From the NCBI GenBank assembly GCA_030704615.1, contig CM060731.1, positions 34,100,001 through 34,164,000 of the forward strand: a stretch of DNA of 64,000 nt, written 5' to 3'. A program made the translations under genes and the position numbers. This DNA is from Takakia lepidozioides. Its lineage: Eukaryota; Plantae; Bryophyta. A model generated the notes under the pieces. The model did not search any database. It saw nothing but the letters and a program-made list of their open reading frames with translations, and had not been told where the DNA came from. Of the stretch, positions 46,201 to 61,100 are shown one piece after another. Position 1 is the first letter of the stretch, and every line of letters begins with the position of its first letter.

Positions 46201-49200
46201 TATCTGGTTCAAGTAGATTACTTTTTAATCACTCATGCGTAGGCGGGCCTTGCCCTAAATGGTGGATCCTTTGTTGGATGTTAAAGGGGCTAGCTAACAT
46301 AGTCTACCCATCAACATAGTGACTCCATTTGTCCAACTATGCACACATTACGCAATGACAAATTCAAAATGTTTTCTAGGTTAATTAACAAATGCCCTAA
46401 AGCATGAAATAAATTTGACGAAACACCTTTCCATTTGAAGGACAAGAATGGAAGACTCTTTTTGGCACAAGGTACAGACATTTTGAATACAGTGTTATGC
46501 CTTTCGGTCTTACAAATGCTCCAGCAATTTTTCAACACATGATGAATGACATCTTTCAAGAATTTTTAGATGACTTTGTAGTCATCTATTTGGACGACAT
46601 TTTGATATTTTCATAGAATGAAGAAGAACATGGTCACCATGTACACCTTGTCCTTGATAAATTGAGGGAAAAAAAAACTATATGCCAAGTTGGAAAAATG
46701 TCTTTTCCACCAATCTGAAGTCGAATTTTTGGGCTACATTATTTCCGACAAATGAATCTTTATGGATCAGAAGAAAATACAAACCATCATCGAGTGGATT
46801 AAACCAATTTCAGTCCGAGATGTACAATGTTTTCTAGGATTTACAAATTTCTATATAATCTTCATCAAGGACTACTCCAAAATTGCTGCACCATTGACAC
46901 GACTCACAAGGAAGGACAAATTTGTATGGGACGAGAAGGCTGACCAAACATTTGAAAGGCTGAAGCAAGCATTTACAACGGCTCCAATACTGGTACATGC
47001 AGACCCATCTAAACCATTCTTTTTGGAAGTAGATGCATCAGACTTTGCACTTGGCGCAGTACTCTCTCAACACGGTGCAGATGGCCGACTTTACCCTGTT
47101 GGTTTTCGTTCTCGCCAATTTTCTGCTGCGGAGATCAATTATGAAATCCATGACAAAGAACTTCTAGCGATTATCGATGCTTTTGAGGAGTGGCGTCATC
47201 TATTGGAGGGAGCTAAACATTAGGTCACTGTCTATACCGATCACAAAAACCTCGAGTATTTTATGAGTGCTCGTATTTTGAATCGACGTCAAGCGAGATG
47301 GAGTATGTCATTAGCAAGGTTTGATTTTTTTATTACCTACCGTCCCGGACATCTTCAAGGAAAACCAAATGCTCTTCTCGACGATCGTATCTTACGCCAA
47401 AAGAAAGGGATGCAGCTTTTGACCAACAGAAATCCATTATCTTAAAACCAGCAAATCTCCAATTGAATATGCTATCCATGTCCACCTATGACGATGTAGG
47501 GATCGTAAAGGAGATTCAGGAAGCACTGAAGAGCGACCAATTTGCCACGACACTACGAAGTCAACTAAATCAACCTCAAGACAATCCACATGTTACAAAC
47601 GACTTCGAATTCAAAAATGACTTACTTTATTTCAAGGGACTTCTCTATGTACCTCCAGGACCTACACGACTTCGAATTCTTCAAACATGTCATGATCTTC
47701 CGGCTGTAAGACATTTCGGCTTCAACAAAACAATGGAATTGATATCCAGGAACTATTGGTAGCCGCAGATGTGGAAACTCGTGAAAAAATTTATAAAATC
47801 TTGCGACACGTGTGCTAGAGCGAAGGGACCATGACATCGACCTTACGGCCGTCTTCAACCATTACCCATTCCCAAGGGTCCATGGTCGTCCGTGTCTATG
47901 GACTTTATTACGGACATTCCAATTTCCAAGACCACCGATTCAATCCTTCTTATTGTAGATCGTTTTACAAAGATGACGCATTTCATTCCATGTAATAAGA
48001 CGGTTACCGGCGAGGAAACTGCAAGACTCTTCCTCAATAATATCTACCGCATTCATGGACTCCCGAAGGATATCGTATATGATCGATGACCACAGTTCAT
48101 ATCAAATTTCTGGAGGGGATTATTTCACATATTGGATATTAAGATCAACCTCTCTACAGCTAATCATCCACAGACTGATGGTCAAACCGAACGTGTAAAC
48201 CAGATTTTGGAACAGTATCTTCGCTGTACGATAAATTATCACCAAGATAATTGGACGGACCTTTTGTCATTCGTTGAGTTTGCATACAACAACATTATAC
48301 ATTCTTCGACTAAGCAAACTCCATTTTTCTCCAACTATGGTCATCATCTTCGAACAAACCATTTCCACATGAAGACTATTGGAAGCCCTGCTGTAGAAAA
48401 CCTTGCTGCTCATCTTGCTACGATTCACAAGGAGCTTACATTCCACCTCGCAGAAACTCAAAAACAATACAAGGAGTATGCAGATCAAAATCGCCAACTC
48501 CAACCCCAGTTCAAGGTCGGAGATCGTGTGTGGCTTCTTCGACGGAACATACAAACCTCGCGTTCATCAAGGAAGTTGGATTATCAACGCCTGGGACCAT
48601 TCCAAATTATTCGACAAATACATCCAGTCAGTTTTCGGCTTGAACTCCCACGAAGTATGCTCATCCATCCCGTCTTTCATGTTTCATTATTGGAATTGTA
48701 TCATCCATCAAATATTCCAAGGAGAGTCTCCGAACCACCTCCACCAATCGAAGTCAATCAGGAAATTGAGTATGAAGTCGACGAAGTCTTAGACTCTCGC
48801 ATCAAGTATAAACGTCTTGAGTATTTCGAACATTGGAAAGGCTACGACATCAGCGAACGAACGTGAGAACCTTCATCCAACCTCGCCAATGTATCTGACA
48901 AAGTCCAAGAGTTTTATCAACGATATCCAACTAAGCCCCGAGCTACACGTCAATAAGACGTCACAACGATGATGTAAGCCAAGTTAGCTTCAAGGTGAAG
49001 ACACCACATTCAATGTCCCTGATACACGCTAAGGAGGGAGGAACACCACACATCAACATATATAGCTACACTTCCAGCACTGTTGTATCTTGTATTGGCA
49101 ATATGGAGTCACAGGAACCAGATACATTGGAGTTGTCGCTTACCCAGCTACCAGATTAGCCGTTCCGGTTCTCACGACCTTCAACATCACATCGACGCTC

Positions 49201-49771
49201 TCGAGATGATGGGCCACCAATGCGACGTGTACTTCCTCGTCTGGACCCCGTCGACGGCAAGTGGAGCCTACTCTAAGTCAGGTTGAGGCTTCGGACCCAG
49301 AGGGCAATGAAATCATGTTTGAAGGCAGCTTCAAAAATTAGAATGCGCAAATCACTGCTGGCGGTCGTTTTTAAAAAATTAAAAATTAAAAATGAAGTGA
49401 CCGCCGTCCAAGATTTTACCACTCCTCAAGGAACTCGGCGCTAGAGGAGGGGGTGATGTCACGGACATAGCCCAGAGGATTTTATCAGGAGTAAATACCA
49501 GAAGTTACAAGTTACAATGTTACCGAAAGTTACCATGACTTACTGTGATTCATCATGATCTATCATGATTTACCATTATTTATCAAGTTACTGGGCGTTT
49601 ATCAAATTACCAAGAGTAACTTGGGAAACTACTCGTGAAGCTTCATTTGGAGGAAACTTCTCCATCAAGAAACCTTTGTTTAATCTTGGAAACTTCTCCA
49701 GCAAGAAACCTCCATAGGGGAAGCTTATTAGGGAAGCTTCTTAGTAGCCAGTATATATAGGAGGCGAGACT

Positions 49772-52700
49772 CACTACAACAGATTGCGGCTTTTATGACT
49801 CCCATGGGTGCGCAGTCATGACAGATTTGTGGCAGAAATGCCATTTGCAGTCGTAAAATGCTTTTGAAGTCATAATGTAGGTCTGGAGAAGGCGTATATG
49901 CGACTGCATGGCTTCGGACTCTGCGCAACACAGGTCAAACATGTTTGACCACGAATATTGGCATGGCAGATATGACTACCAGTCACGGTCATGGCTACAC
50001 TAGAATGACGTGTGCATATTGCAAGACAGACATATGACTTCATGACTCTCACTCTAATGCATTATGCCAGATCATCACATGGATGAATCACTACATGACT
50101 ACACGTGTCGATACATGCTTTTCTGGTTATATATATAATATATGAGTATTTATATCTTAAAAAAACGGAGACTCTTACCACTAGAATGAATTAAAAAAAC
50201 CCAAAAAAAACAAAGATTTAAAAAAAATCACATCGGCTGGAAAGTGCACAGTGTGTCGCCCTTGTGGTTTGGGGTTCAAACCCGCTGCCCTTATCCCGTG
50301 TGTGGGATTGTTCGAGACGGTATGTCTTGACGTTGATCGTCCTGTAGGTCTTATGGCCCATAAATGAAGGCGGGTGAATTTTCCCCCTCCTCAAGGGCTT
50401 GTGGTTTCCTTTAAGAAAAAAAAAAATCAAAAAAAATCAAAAAAGGGCTTTTAGGGTTTACAAAAAGGTTAAAAAACTTAAAAAGTTGCCCATCACAGTA
50501 GCGTGAACAGACTTAGAGCGAGCGGGAGGGAGAGAGAGAGAGGGTTGGGACTTAGAGCGAGCGAGCGGGAGAGAGGGCAAACATGCATGGGAGGCCCGCA
50601 GTTGGATCAACCTTCGCATCTGGAGCAAGCAACCCTAGAAACGCTAGGGTATGTGTGCGAGGAGGTTTCGGCTGGGAGCCCGCCGTTCTTGGGAGAGTCA
50701 GCTTCGTCTTAGCAGGCCGTGTTTCAATCTCTACCCGCTCGGCCCTGATTTTACAGCACGGAGCAGAGCTGGCATGAGTTTCTAAAAGATCCTTCACGAT
50801 GGTGGGACAACCGCAATCGCAAGGTGTGGCTTTTTCTTAATGTACGATGTGAAGAAGTTTGTCCATCCTGCAAATGTGGGTTGGCTCTCATGTTAGTACC
50901 ATGATTTGGTATTCTTCCTGATGTTTACAAGGTTCTTGGGAGAGTTAGCTTGGTCTTAGTAGGCCGTGTTTCAATCTCTGCCCACTCAGCTGCACCGTGG
51001 TGGTTCTCACTGACCAATCCGACATTACCTAACCACAGACACAAGCAGCACACACTAGAGGTCATCTTGGGTTCATGTTCAGTCAAATCCTCCATGGGTC
51101 ATGACACAAGGTCGAGGACAATGTGGTGAGGGCACCTTTTTTTTCGACCTATTTCAGTCTATTTTGCCCTCTCATCAGACTCGGCCCTGAATTTGAATCA
51201 TGGAGCAGAGCTGGCATGAGTTTTTTTAAGATCCTTCACGAGGGTGCGACCGCAATCGCAAGGTGTGGTTTTTTTTTAATGTACGATGTGCAGAATTTTG
51301 TCCATCCTGCAAATGTGGGTTGTTGGCTCCTGTTAGTACCATGATTTGATATTCTTCCTGATGTTTACAAGGTTCTTGGGAGAGTCAGCTTGGTCTTAGC
51401 AGACCGTGTTTCAAAGTCTGCCTGCTCAGCTGCACCGTGGTCACCCTACAGACACAAGCATCACACACAAGGTCAAATCCTCCATGGGTCATGACACAAG
51501 GTCAAGGACAGTGTGGTGAGGGCACCTTCTTCTTCGACCTATTTCAGCATGTTTTGCCCTCTCATCAGACGCCCTGAGATGCATATTGAATTTTGTAAGT
51601 TAGCTCATTGCTCGTTGATAAGTAGGGTTGGGGGTGTTTGCTGGAACAATTCTAGGATGTCATTGTCAGCTGCTAGCAGGAAGGCAAGGATGTATGCATA
51701 GATAGCTAAAGGATTTTGTGTAGAGGCATAGATAGCTGAAGGAGCAGGGATAGAGTGTGGGCCCAAATTCGTCCAAGAGGGCCGGATTTCAAGCTCCATT
51801 ATTTCAGTGTCATCCATTCAGCCAGGGATTTCCTGGTGACATTGCCAAGGCTTTACTCGCAACACGATGCTTGTAAAGCTTCCTTAGCTTGAATGCTGAT
51901 TATGCTTGAATTATTAGGTTTGTAAAGCCAGTTTTGAAATTTTCATGGTAATCAGCTCTCTTGAAAATCTGTAGGTTGCAAGCCATTTACAGCGGGCCGT
52001 GGGTGGACTGGAAGACAGCCATTGAAAGTCCTGGTGCAAGTTAATACCAGTGGAGAGCAGAATAAGCTTCATATGCCCTTTTGATGCTAGTTATCTTCAT
52101 GTATGGAACTGTTGAACACCAACAATCTTTTGGTGAGATTCTGTCTTGGTGCACATGTCTGATAAAGAAAGACGGTAATGTTTGTTCTGAAACCTGAAGG
52201 CGTGAAATGATTCAACACAACAAGAGCATTACGCGTGTCACAGTACAAGCTGTAAGAAAGCAAGAGATACATAGTTATACAGTCAAACAGACAACTATCA
52301 GTTTCTGTGGAATCTCTTGCCAATGGCAGGATGGGTTGGGAATAGCCAAGTCAGAGGTGAATGCCTGTCAAATTACCACATGTCCTTTTGAACACTGCCC
52401 CTGCCCTGGTGGACATGTACGCCAATTGTGGGTGCATTGAGGATGCAAAGGGAGTGTTCAACACTGTGGCTGAACGAGATGTGGTGTCGTGGAGTGCGAT
52501 GCTTGCTGGGTATGCACAGCTGGGGTGCGGGATGGAGGCTCCAACCTTTGAGAAAATGATGGGGGAAGGGGTGAAGGCCGCCGACATAACGTTTGTGTGC
52601 GTTTGCAGTGCGTCTGCAGCCCTGGAAAAGGGCAAAGAGATCCCTGGTGACATCATCAAATCTGCAATTGTACCAGATGTCATCCTGAACATGGCTCTGG

Positions 52701-54756
52701 TGGCCATGTATGCTAAATGTGGGAGCATTGAGGATGCCAAGGGAGTGTTCAACACTATGGCTGAACTAGATGTGGTGTCGTGGAATGCGATGCTTGAAGG
52801 GTGTGCAGAGCAGGAGCGCGGGATGGGGCTTTGGACACCTGAAAGCAAATGATGGAGAAAAAGATGAAGGTACCTTCTTCAACATATTTCACCCTGTTTT
52901 CCCTGCTAGTGTTTGCTTTGACAATTCTAGGCTGTCATTGTCAGCTGCTAGCAGCAAGGCGAGGATGTATGCATGATTTGTGCAGAGGCATGGATAGCTG
53001 AAGGAGCAGGGATTTCGTGTGGGTCCAGATTCATTCAAGAAGGCCAGATTTCAAGCACAAGATTACCTGTGATTCCCTGTGGATCAATAGCTACAAGAAA
53101 CCTGCATGGGTAGATGGTCAACTGGGAGCAGCGGCACAAGTGATAAAATCAGGCACTGCTAATGAAGGCATCTTCTTCAACACATTTCACCCTGTTTTTC
53201 CCTCTTATCAGAATCGGCCGTTCAATTCTGCAAGTTAGCTGGTTGAGTGAATCTAGTTTGGAGTGACTTTGACATGATACTGCCAATGTGACAACAGGAA
53301 AGTGTCAAAAAATAGGTAACAGAGATGAGGAGAAGCTGTGGAATGAATACTTATCTGAGCCCAATCACTGATGGGTCAACCGGGGCAGAAAGGTGAATGC
53401 CTGCTACATTTCAGAGAGTAGCAGACGCAATTCAGCATAGGAACTAGTGTGCTACGCTGAGTTGGGTGTTTCCTAGAACAAATGTAGGCTGTCATTGTCA
53501 GCTGCTAGCAGCAAGGCAAGGATGAATGCTTGATTTGTGCAGAGGCATGGATAGCTGAAGGAATAGAGATAGAGTGTGGGTGACGCAGGGTGCTGGGCAA
53601 TGGGGCAAGATGTCTTTGTATAAACGTGAGTGACCTTCCTATCATCCTGGGTTTCATTTTTAGTGCATGTTTCTTTGTGAAGTATCTGACGACTTCGCCA
53701 ATACACACCAACCTTTTTGATTTGGTTTGTTTAGGACATGGGATAGAAGTTACCATAAACAACACTGGCATTGGTTTTTCATATACGGTATTAGATAATT
53801 CTCTTAATTGTTTCCGCCTTGGCAGGTTGCTCAGTGACCTTCCCTGGACGCTTTGGAGTATAGCGAGTGAGTGTCTCACAATGCAATATTGGTTGGTGCA
53901 TCTTATGCAAGAACTTGGAAAACAAACAAATGTCCTTGCTGTAGTAATTCTTAAAGCCATGCAAGCCGTTTTTGATGGGTTGTAGATTGATGGAATACAT
54001 GAGTAGTTAGAAGATTCTGGGTGAACACTTTTCAAAGTGTTATAGTTAGACAAAATAATTCACATGAGAACATGCGACTATTTAATGTATTTTTAGATCG
54101 CAACAAAAATGATAATGATAAATAGATTGGTAAATAGAGATGGTATGCAATCTCTTGGTTTTGCTCAGCTTGTTGCAGTTATGTCTTGCTGCCTTGTTCT
54201 CTTTGTATTATATATTATATTTCATTGTTGTAATAGACATGTACATGACTGCTATCATAGTCATAATAATGACTACATCTATTTTCACTCTCCAATAGTA
54301 CTACACCACGTGGCAGAAATACAAATATGTAAAAAAATAGCAATACACCCCAAAAAAAACACCCATCATGACACATGTCAATCTGCTGATGGACCACGTG
54401 TAAAAACTGCAACGCGCCACGTGTTGCAACCGGATTAGCACACCCGTAGTCATAGTTCGCAGTCATGGAGAGCTAAACACTCTGCCACGTGTCATTTCCT
54501 GCATCGAGCACGTGCCACTCTTGCACAGCCGCTGACATGGACTACAATGTCCGTTCAGTCATTCAGTAAAGCCAGCGTGTATGACTACCCCCACAGCTGC
54601 TCTGGCGCCACGTGACAGCCAGCCTGGAGAGTCATATCTGCCATGTCACAACTGACTAGGTCTTTACGTCTGTAGAGTCAAGAAGTCGTAAATGGCTTCC
54701 ATGACTGCATTTGCAGTCATAACACAGAGACGTAAAAGCCGCAATTTGTTGTAGTG
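49772..54756. mobile_element. Non-autonomous Pack-CACTA DNA transposon (4985 bp)
   Basis: 24-bp TIR CACTACAACA(G/A)ATTGCGGCTTTTA at 49772-49795 and 54733-54756. 3-bp TSD ACT at 49769-49771 and 54757-54759. Subterminal atgact/agtcat repeats. Removing the element restores the LTR seen at ~40840-40880. No transposase was recognised. Confidence 0.95.
50690..53590 (+). pseudogene. Shuffled PDF-motif and PPR gene fragments carried in the CACTA element
   Basis: IHSRRPDFKHKITCDSLWINSYKKPAWVDGQL (53029-), PSRWWDNRNRK|gt (~50790-50823), PPR ORF 52361-52852 (ALVAMYAKCGSIEDAKGVFNTMAELDVVSWNAML), and a tandem duplication of ~50760-51190 at 51200-51600. Confidence 0.85.
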
Positions 54757-55160
54757 ACTGGACACTCTTCAGTCTCGCCAACACAAGTTCAAGCTACTCT
54801 TGTTCCCAGTCCTAGTACTCCAGTCCAGCTTCTAGTATCTGGTACCCCAGTCCAGTTTCGAGCATTCTAGTATTCGAGTCGAGCTCCAGTATATTGTAAT
54901 CTTGTCCATTTTTATAAAGATCATCTTGATTCATGTTTATCCACCATGCACTCGGCCACGCCGACCTTGACTTCTTTTCTAGTCTTGTACCTCTAGTCGG
55001 AACTTTTGTTTGTGTTCAGTCATGTTCTCGTCTTTGACATGCACCTCGGTGTTTATAACGGACAACATCAACTCCCCATCTCAACAACTTTCTCCGGGTC
55101 ATTGGATGGAGTTCCTCCGCTTAACCTGTCGTGGAATGTTATCTTTTTCGATGTCATCCC

Positions 55161-58100
55161 TGTCGCGCACCTCACTTCGGTAAACTCCCCTTCAAGTCAT
55201 AGTTACTCGCTTTGATGCGCGCGCCTGACTCCCAACCTGGCCGCCGGGCCAACTTGGAGCTTCGGCTGCTCACCGAGACATAACGGTCCCCCTTCGCTTC
55301 CCTCTAAAACCCTCCACCTAATTGGGACTAGGAGAATTCCCTTTGGTAGATGACAGTCCGGAACAGCTCCCCACTCTTTGGTCGCTTTCCGGCTCGCTCG
55401 CTTACTCACTAGTTTTTGGTCACCAACGGGCTTGCACCGTTCTCGGGGTTACTACTCCCTATATATACTTCTGTAGCTGTCCGCGGGGGTTTCACAACCA
55501 GCCATGCCATTTTATGGCGAACCACCACGAAGACCCTCGCTTCCCGGTGGTGAGTCGCGGTGAGTCTTGGCCCGCTCACCACGGCCCCTATGGACCGTGA
55601 TGAGTCCCAAGACTCCCCACGACTCCCATCACGAGGTCTCCACCCCCATGGTGAGTCCTATGCCACCCCCACTAAGTCCCACTAAGCTACCACCACCCTT
55701 TGTGGAGCCACCCCCACCGCAACCCGGTGTGCGGGGCTCCACCTAGTGAGCGCCTCCGCCTCCTTGAGTGCCTTGGGCACTCAAGGGTGCTTCAGCCCCC
55801 GTACCTATCGCTGCTACTGCCCCCACCACAGGGGCAGCCCCTCTTGTGTCCCGACCTCCCTGCCCTCAAGGCAAAGGGCCGCGACACACATCCCTACCAA
55901 CAGGGAGTCGATGTCCTCATTGACTTGTCCATTTTGTAGAAACGAACATCCAAGTTGTGGCGTCCCACATCAAGGAGTTTGTTTCCGTACCATGGCGTCC
56001 CATGGCAAAGAACCAAACCCCACACTTGACTCTACTCTCCACTAGCTAGTTCGGCCGACTTCCTCCAAGTCCCGGCCAAGGGTGGAGCTTCTCCAGCTCC
56101 TCCCAGTGCACTCTTCTTGGCCTACTTCAAGGCCAAGTAGCGATCCTCCCCGAGGATCGAATCGCCTTACTGCAACAACATTGCTTGCGATCGCTCATGA
56201 TGCCGCTTTTGGCATCACCTTGAGCAAGGGTTCACCTGGAACCCTCTTTGACTAGGAAGATAACCTTGAACCAACCGTGCGCCCCAATCACTACAATTGG
56301 GTCCGCCTTGGAATGCTGGCCTGAGGTACGGGAACACGCCGAAGCCGCACTACGACTTCGTCCCGAGGCTACACGACTATAGTACGTGAACGGAAGCACG
56401 TAGCTTCCGCGTTAGCCCGCACTACAAGGCAACCCCCTCGGTAGCGCAGTTATAGTACGCGCACGCGCCAGGTGCGCACTAGCACATGAACTCCCAAAGA
56501 AGGCGCAAGTTTCCTTGCCCCTTGGATGGGAGTCACCCGATTTCGGCACTGCGCAAACACACGATTAACCCAATTTACCTCTCCCACTTTTGTAAGCTAG
56601 CATGCATTCTACACACTAGCCAACCACACCATGCATCACCATTCCAAACACAATAGGACGCACAATATTTGGAACCCATTTCCTTTATAACAAATTTTTG
56701 TACAATACAAGTTTTTGCAATCGGATTCCTGAGCTAGGTAAACCGGGCTAAGCATGCATTTCCTCCCCCACGCTCCAAGGTTGATGTCCCCATCAACGCT
56801 TCTTCCGCTTTTTGAGGTCGCATTTCAAAAGCTGCAACCGCCTCGGATGCGTTTCCCATTTCTGAGGCACGCACCCAAGATGCCTCCACATGATGATAGC
56901 CCTTCCATTTGACGAGATACTCCGTTTCTCGGTTCCTGAAACTCCTCGACTTAAATATTGCCTCCACCTCGTACTCAGGTTCATTTTCATGATCCAACAG
57001 CATAGGTGGCGGACGCAACATTTGATGCCGATTCGGACGCGCTTCATCTTTGAAGTAAGGCTTCAAAAGGGAGACATGGAATACTGGGTGCACCTTGCTG
57101 TTTGCCGGCAGCTCCAATTCATACACATCCTCATTCATAACCTTCCGAATGCGAAAGGGTCCCGCATACGGAGGTACGAACTTCGGACTCACTTCCGGAG
57201 GTAGTCGGAAATTCTTGATGTTCCACCAGACCTCTGTGCCTGCCTCAAACTTCACTTCCCTCCGCTTTTGCTTATACCGGAGCAGTCCATTTTGCAAATG
57301 GAACTGCGATTTAACCCCCATCCTCAAGTCCTGCATCACGGACTTCGCCAGCTCATCCTTCCGGCAAGCCTTCCGGATCTTCCTTTGGAGTGCCGTCTCG
57401 CCCTTGTACACCAACAAGAGCTGCTGCTTTCTACTTAAAGCATCGGCCACCACATTGTCCCGTCCCGGTTTGTACTGGATATCCACGTCGAACACTGCCA
57501 AAGTATCTTGCCACCTAAGTTGTTTTGGGGACAACTTGGGCTGCGTGGCAAAATACTTCATCGTGACATTGTCCGTGAACACCTTCACTAGGTTTGAACC
57601 AACATAGTGGCGCCAGAGCTCAAGGCAATGCACCACCGCCTTCATCTCTTTTTCGTGCGTCGGCCACCGTCGCTCCACTTCATTCAGTTTCTTACTTTCG
57701 TAAGCCACTGGACGTCCATCTTGCATAAGTACACCCCCAATCGCGAAGTCCGATGCATCTGTATGAATCTCAAACGGACGATCGAACTCTGGGATTTTCA
57801 AGACTGGAGCTTCCGTCATCCGCTGCTTCAATTCAGCAAAAGCTTGGCCACAAAATGTGTTCCATACCCAGACTTTGGATTTATACAGAAGGTCCGACAG
57901 CGGCCCCGCGATCTTGGCAAAATTTCTCACATACTTCCGGTAATAGGAGGCGAGTCCTAGGAAGGATCGCACTCCCGGGACCGAAGTCGGAGGCTCCCAG
58001 TCTAAGATCGCCCTCACATTTCTGTCATCCATTTTGATCCCATCCTTTGTAATCACATGCCCCAAGAACTCCACTTTCGTGACCCCGAATTTGCACTTTG

Positions 58101-61100
58101 AAGCTTTGGCATACAGCTTCCCTTCCCGCAATTTTTGGAACACCCTTTTGAGGTGCTCCAGGTGCTCCTCCTTTGTTTTCGAATACACCAAGATGTCGTC
58201 GATGTACACGATCACAAAGTCATCCAACCACTCCTGGAAAAGGCTGTTCATCAGCGTGCTAAATGTCGCTGGTGCATTGGTGAGCCCAAAAGGCATCACC
58301 AAGAACTCATATGAACCATACCTTGTCCTGCACGCGGTCTTCTCCTCATCTCCTTCCGCCACCCGAATTTGGTGATAGCCGGAGCGCAAGTCGATTCGGC
58401 TAAAATACTTCGCTCTTGCCAACCGATCGAAGAGGTCGTCGATCCTTGGCAAAGGGTACCGGTTTTTGATAGTCACCTTATTCAGAGCCCTGTAATCGAC
58501 ACACATCCGCAGCGTCCCATCCTTCTTGTCTGCAAATAGCACCGGGGCTCCGTAAGGTGACTTACTCGGCCGGATGTACCCCTTTGACATTAGATCCTTG
58601 AGCTGAGTCTTCAGCTCGACCAACTCTCTATGGCTCAACCGGTATGGCGCCTTGGCAGGCAGTTCCGATCCCGGTATCACCTCAATCTTGTGGTCAACTC
58701 CTCTTCGCGGTGGCAAGCCGCTTGGTAAATCCTCCGGCATCACATCATGGTATTTCTCCAAAATCCCCTTGATCCAATCTGGGCTCGGCTCCCCATCGCC
58801 TTCTCCCTTCACTTCTCTAATGTAAAGCAAGAACTGGGTTTGTGTGCCTCCTCCACGGCCCACTCCCTTGCTGACAGAAGGTTTATTCGCCCTCCCACGG
58901 ATTTCGGCGTTTCCGACACTCGTAAGACCTCGCCACCATTCCCACATGGCAGCGTGACTACTCTCTTGCGGCCATCTATGACCGCTACGGATTTGCTCAA
59001 AAAGGTCATCCCTAAAATGAGATCTACTCCATCAATCTCGCAGATGGTGAAGTTCTCACGTCCCTCCCAACTCCCCAGTTGAAGAGGAACAACAATCGCC
59101 AACCTTGTCGCCAACTGTGGTTCTTCTTTGGCAGAACGCACCTCAATAGAGGCCCCCACGTCACTTGTCGGGAGTCCCAGCTTTTGTGCCGTTGCCGGTG
59201 TCATGAAGGAGTGCGACGCTCCTGTGTCCACCAACAACGACACATTAGTTCCGGATATTATCCCATCCACGAACAATAACTGACTCCCTTTTCGTAAGGC
59301 GCCAGTTTCCTGATACAACTCACAAGAAAATTTGCCTACCTTGCAAGTCCTGGCGACCACCGCTTCCACCAAGCGACTGATGGTATCTTCCGACAGCTCC
59401 GTGGTCGCCCGAGTCATGTTCAATTGCCGGGGCTTCATGCACTTCTTGGCCATGTGCCCGGGCTCCCCGCAATTGAAACACACTCCATCAAAGGTCGCCT
59501 TCTGTCCGCCATAAGCCGCTCCACCCGCTTTTCCTTTCGGAGCACCGGGTGCCGCCTTGACGTGTGAAGGCCCTCCCTTCGATTTCCACGTGCCATTTTC
59601 GCCGCGTGGCCTATCCCACTTCTTTTCCGGTCGGAAGGAGTCACCTTCCCGCCGAATCTTCTTGTGGTTCAGCTCCGTACGGCCTTGTCTTTCACCCTTA
59701 GGGACATCCGAGAAACATACAACCCTCTCAATTGCCTCGTTCAAAGTTTTGGGTGGCTTCTCCTCCAACTTCCGCCTGGCCCATGGGGCCAGTCCCGCCA
59801 CAAAATTGAAGACCATTTCTGGTTCTGCCATGTCCGCGACTTCGAGCAACAGCACATTGAAAGCCTGGACATACCCCCGAATGTCATCTGTTTGCTTCAA
59901 ATTCCTCATCTTGTCTCGGGCAAGCCAGGACGCGTTGAGGGGCACAAATTGTCTCTTCAACAATTCCTTGAACCCACTCCAGTTCAAGGTTTCCGGACTT
60001 GGACCTCGGTCGTGAAGGCGTTTCTGCCACCATTGTTGAGCATAGCCCCTCAAATAGGTGGGAGCCACTTCCACGCGATCCTCGTCACTCAACTTGGCCG
60101 CCCGGAAGTACTGCTCCAGCTCCAAGAGCCAGGTGTTGAGTGCCTTCCGATTTCGGACGCCCTCGAAGGTGCCGGGTTCCTTAGGCTTCACCTTAAACTT
60201 TTCCTTAGTGGAAGTGGCATTAGCCGCCTTCAACACGTCTTTCAACGTCCCGCCAAACTGCGCCAACAACCCTTCCCAAAAGGCTGCCGGCATGGGAGAC
60301 ATCTCTTGGTTTGTCGGAGCTCTCAAGGATTCCTCGGGCTCCGACTCCTCGGATTCCTCCCGCTCTTGGGCGGCCTCGTTTTCGGAAACATGCATCGCTT
60401 CCTCAACGGCCGCCTCGGTGACACGCCGCCCCCATCGGGCTCACCGGGATCATCATCTTTTGGGCCGTTCCGCTTTCGCTTTCGGCTTGCCCGACCCCAT
60501 GATGAGGCCAATCCCAAGGACGATCGCGTACTGAACTCTAAGCTCTGATACCAAGTGTCGCGCACCTCACTTCGGTAAACTCCCCTTCAAGTCATAGTTA
60601 CTCGCTTTGATGCGCGCGCCTGACTCCCAACCTGGCCGTCGGGCCAACTTGGAGCTTCGGCTGCTCACCGAGACATAACGGTCCCCCTTCGCTTCCCTCT
60701 AAAACCCTCCACCTAATTGGGACTAGGAGAATTCCCTTTGGTAGATGGCAGTCCGGAACAGCTCCCCATTCTTTGGTCGCTTTCCGGCTCGCTCGCTTAC
60801 TCACTAGTTTTTGGTCACCAACGGGCTTGCACCGTTCTCGGGGTTACTACTCCCTATATATACTTCTGTAGCTGTCCGCGGGGGTTTCACAACCAGCCAT
60901 GCCATTTTATGGCGAACCACCACGAAGACCCTCGATTCCCGGTGGTGAGTCGCGGTGAGTCTTGGCCCGCTCACCACGGCCCCTATGGACCGTGATGAGT
61001 CCCAAGACTCCCCACGACTCCCATCACGAGGTCTCCACCCCCATGGTGAGTCCTATTCCACCCCCACTAAGTCCCACTAAGCTACCACCACCCCTTGTGG

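Larger units (their letters stand above)
46437..55039 (+). mobile_element. 3' part of degenerate gypsy chromovirus C (Tcn1-like): RT-RH-INT-chromodomain, PPT, 3' LTR split by CACTA
   Basis: [65 protein letters not shown] agaggaggggg at ~49443-49453. LTR 49457-49771 plus 54760-55039 (about 595 bp). Confidence 0.9.

Noticed and set aside
59664-60548. 294-aa plus-strand ORF and similar ORFs antisense to gag-pol or RBM28 exons
   Set aside because: Shadow ORFs of coding sequence on the other strand, with no motifs.
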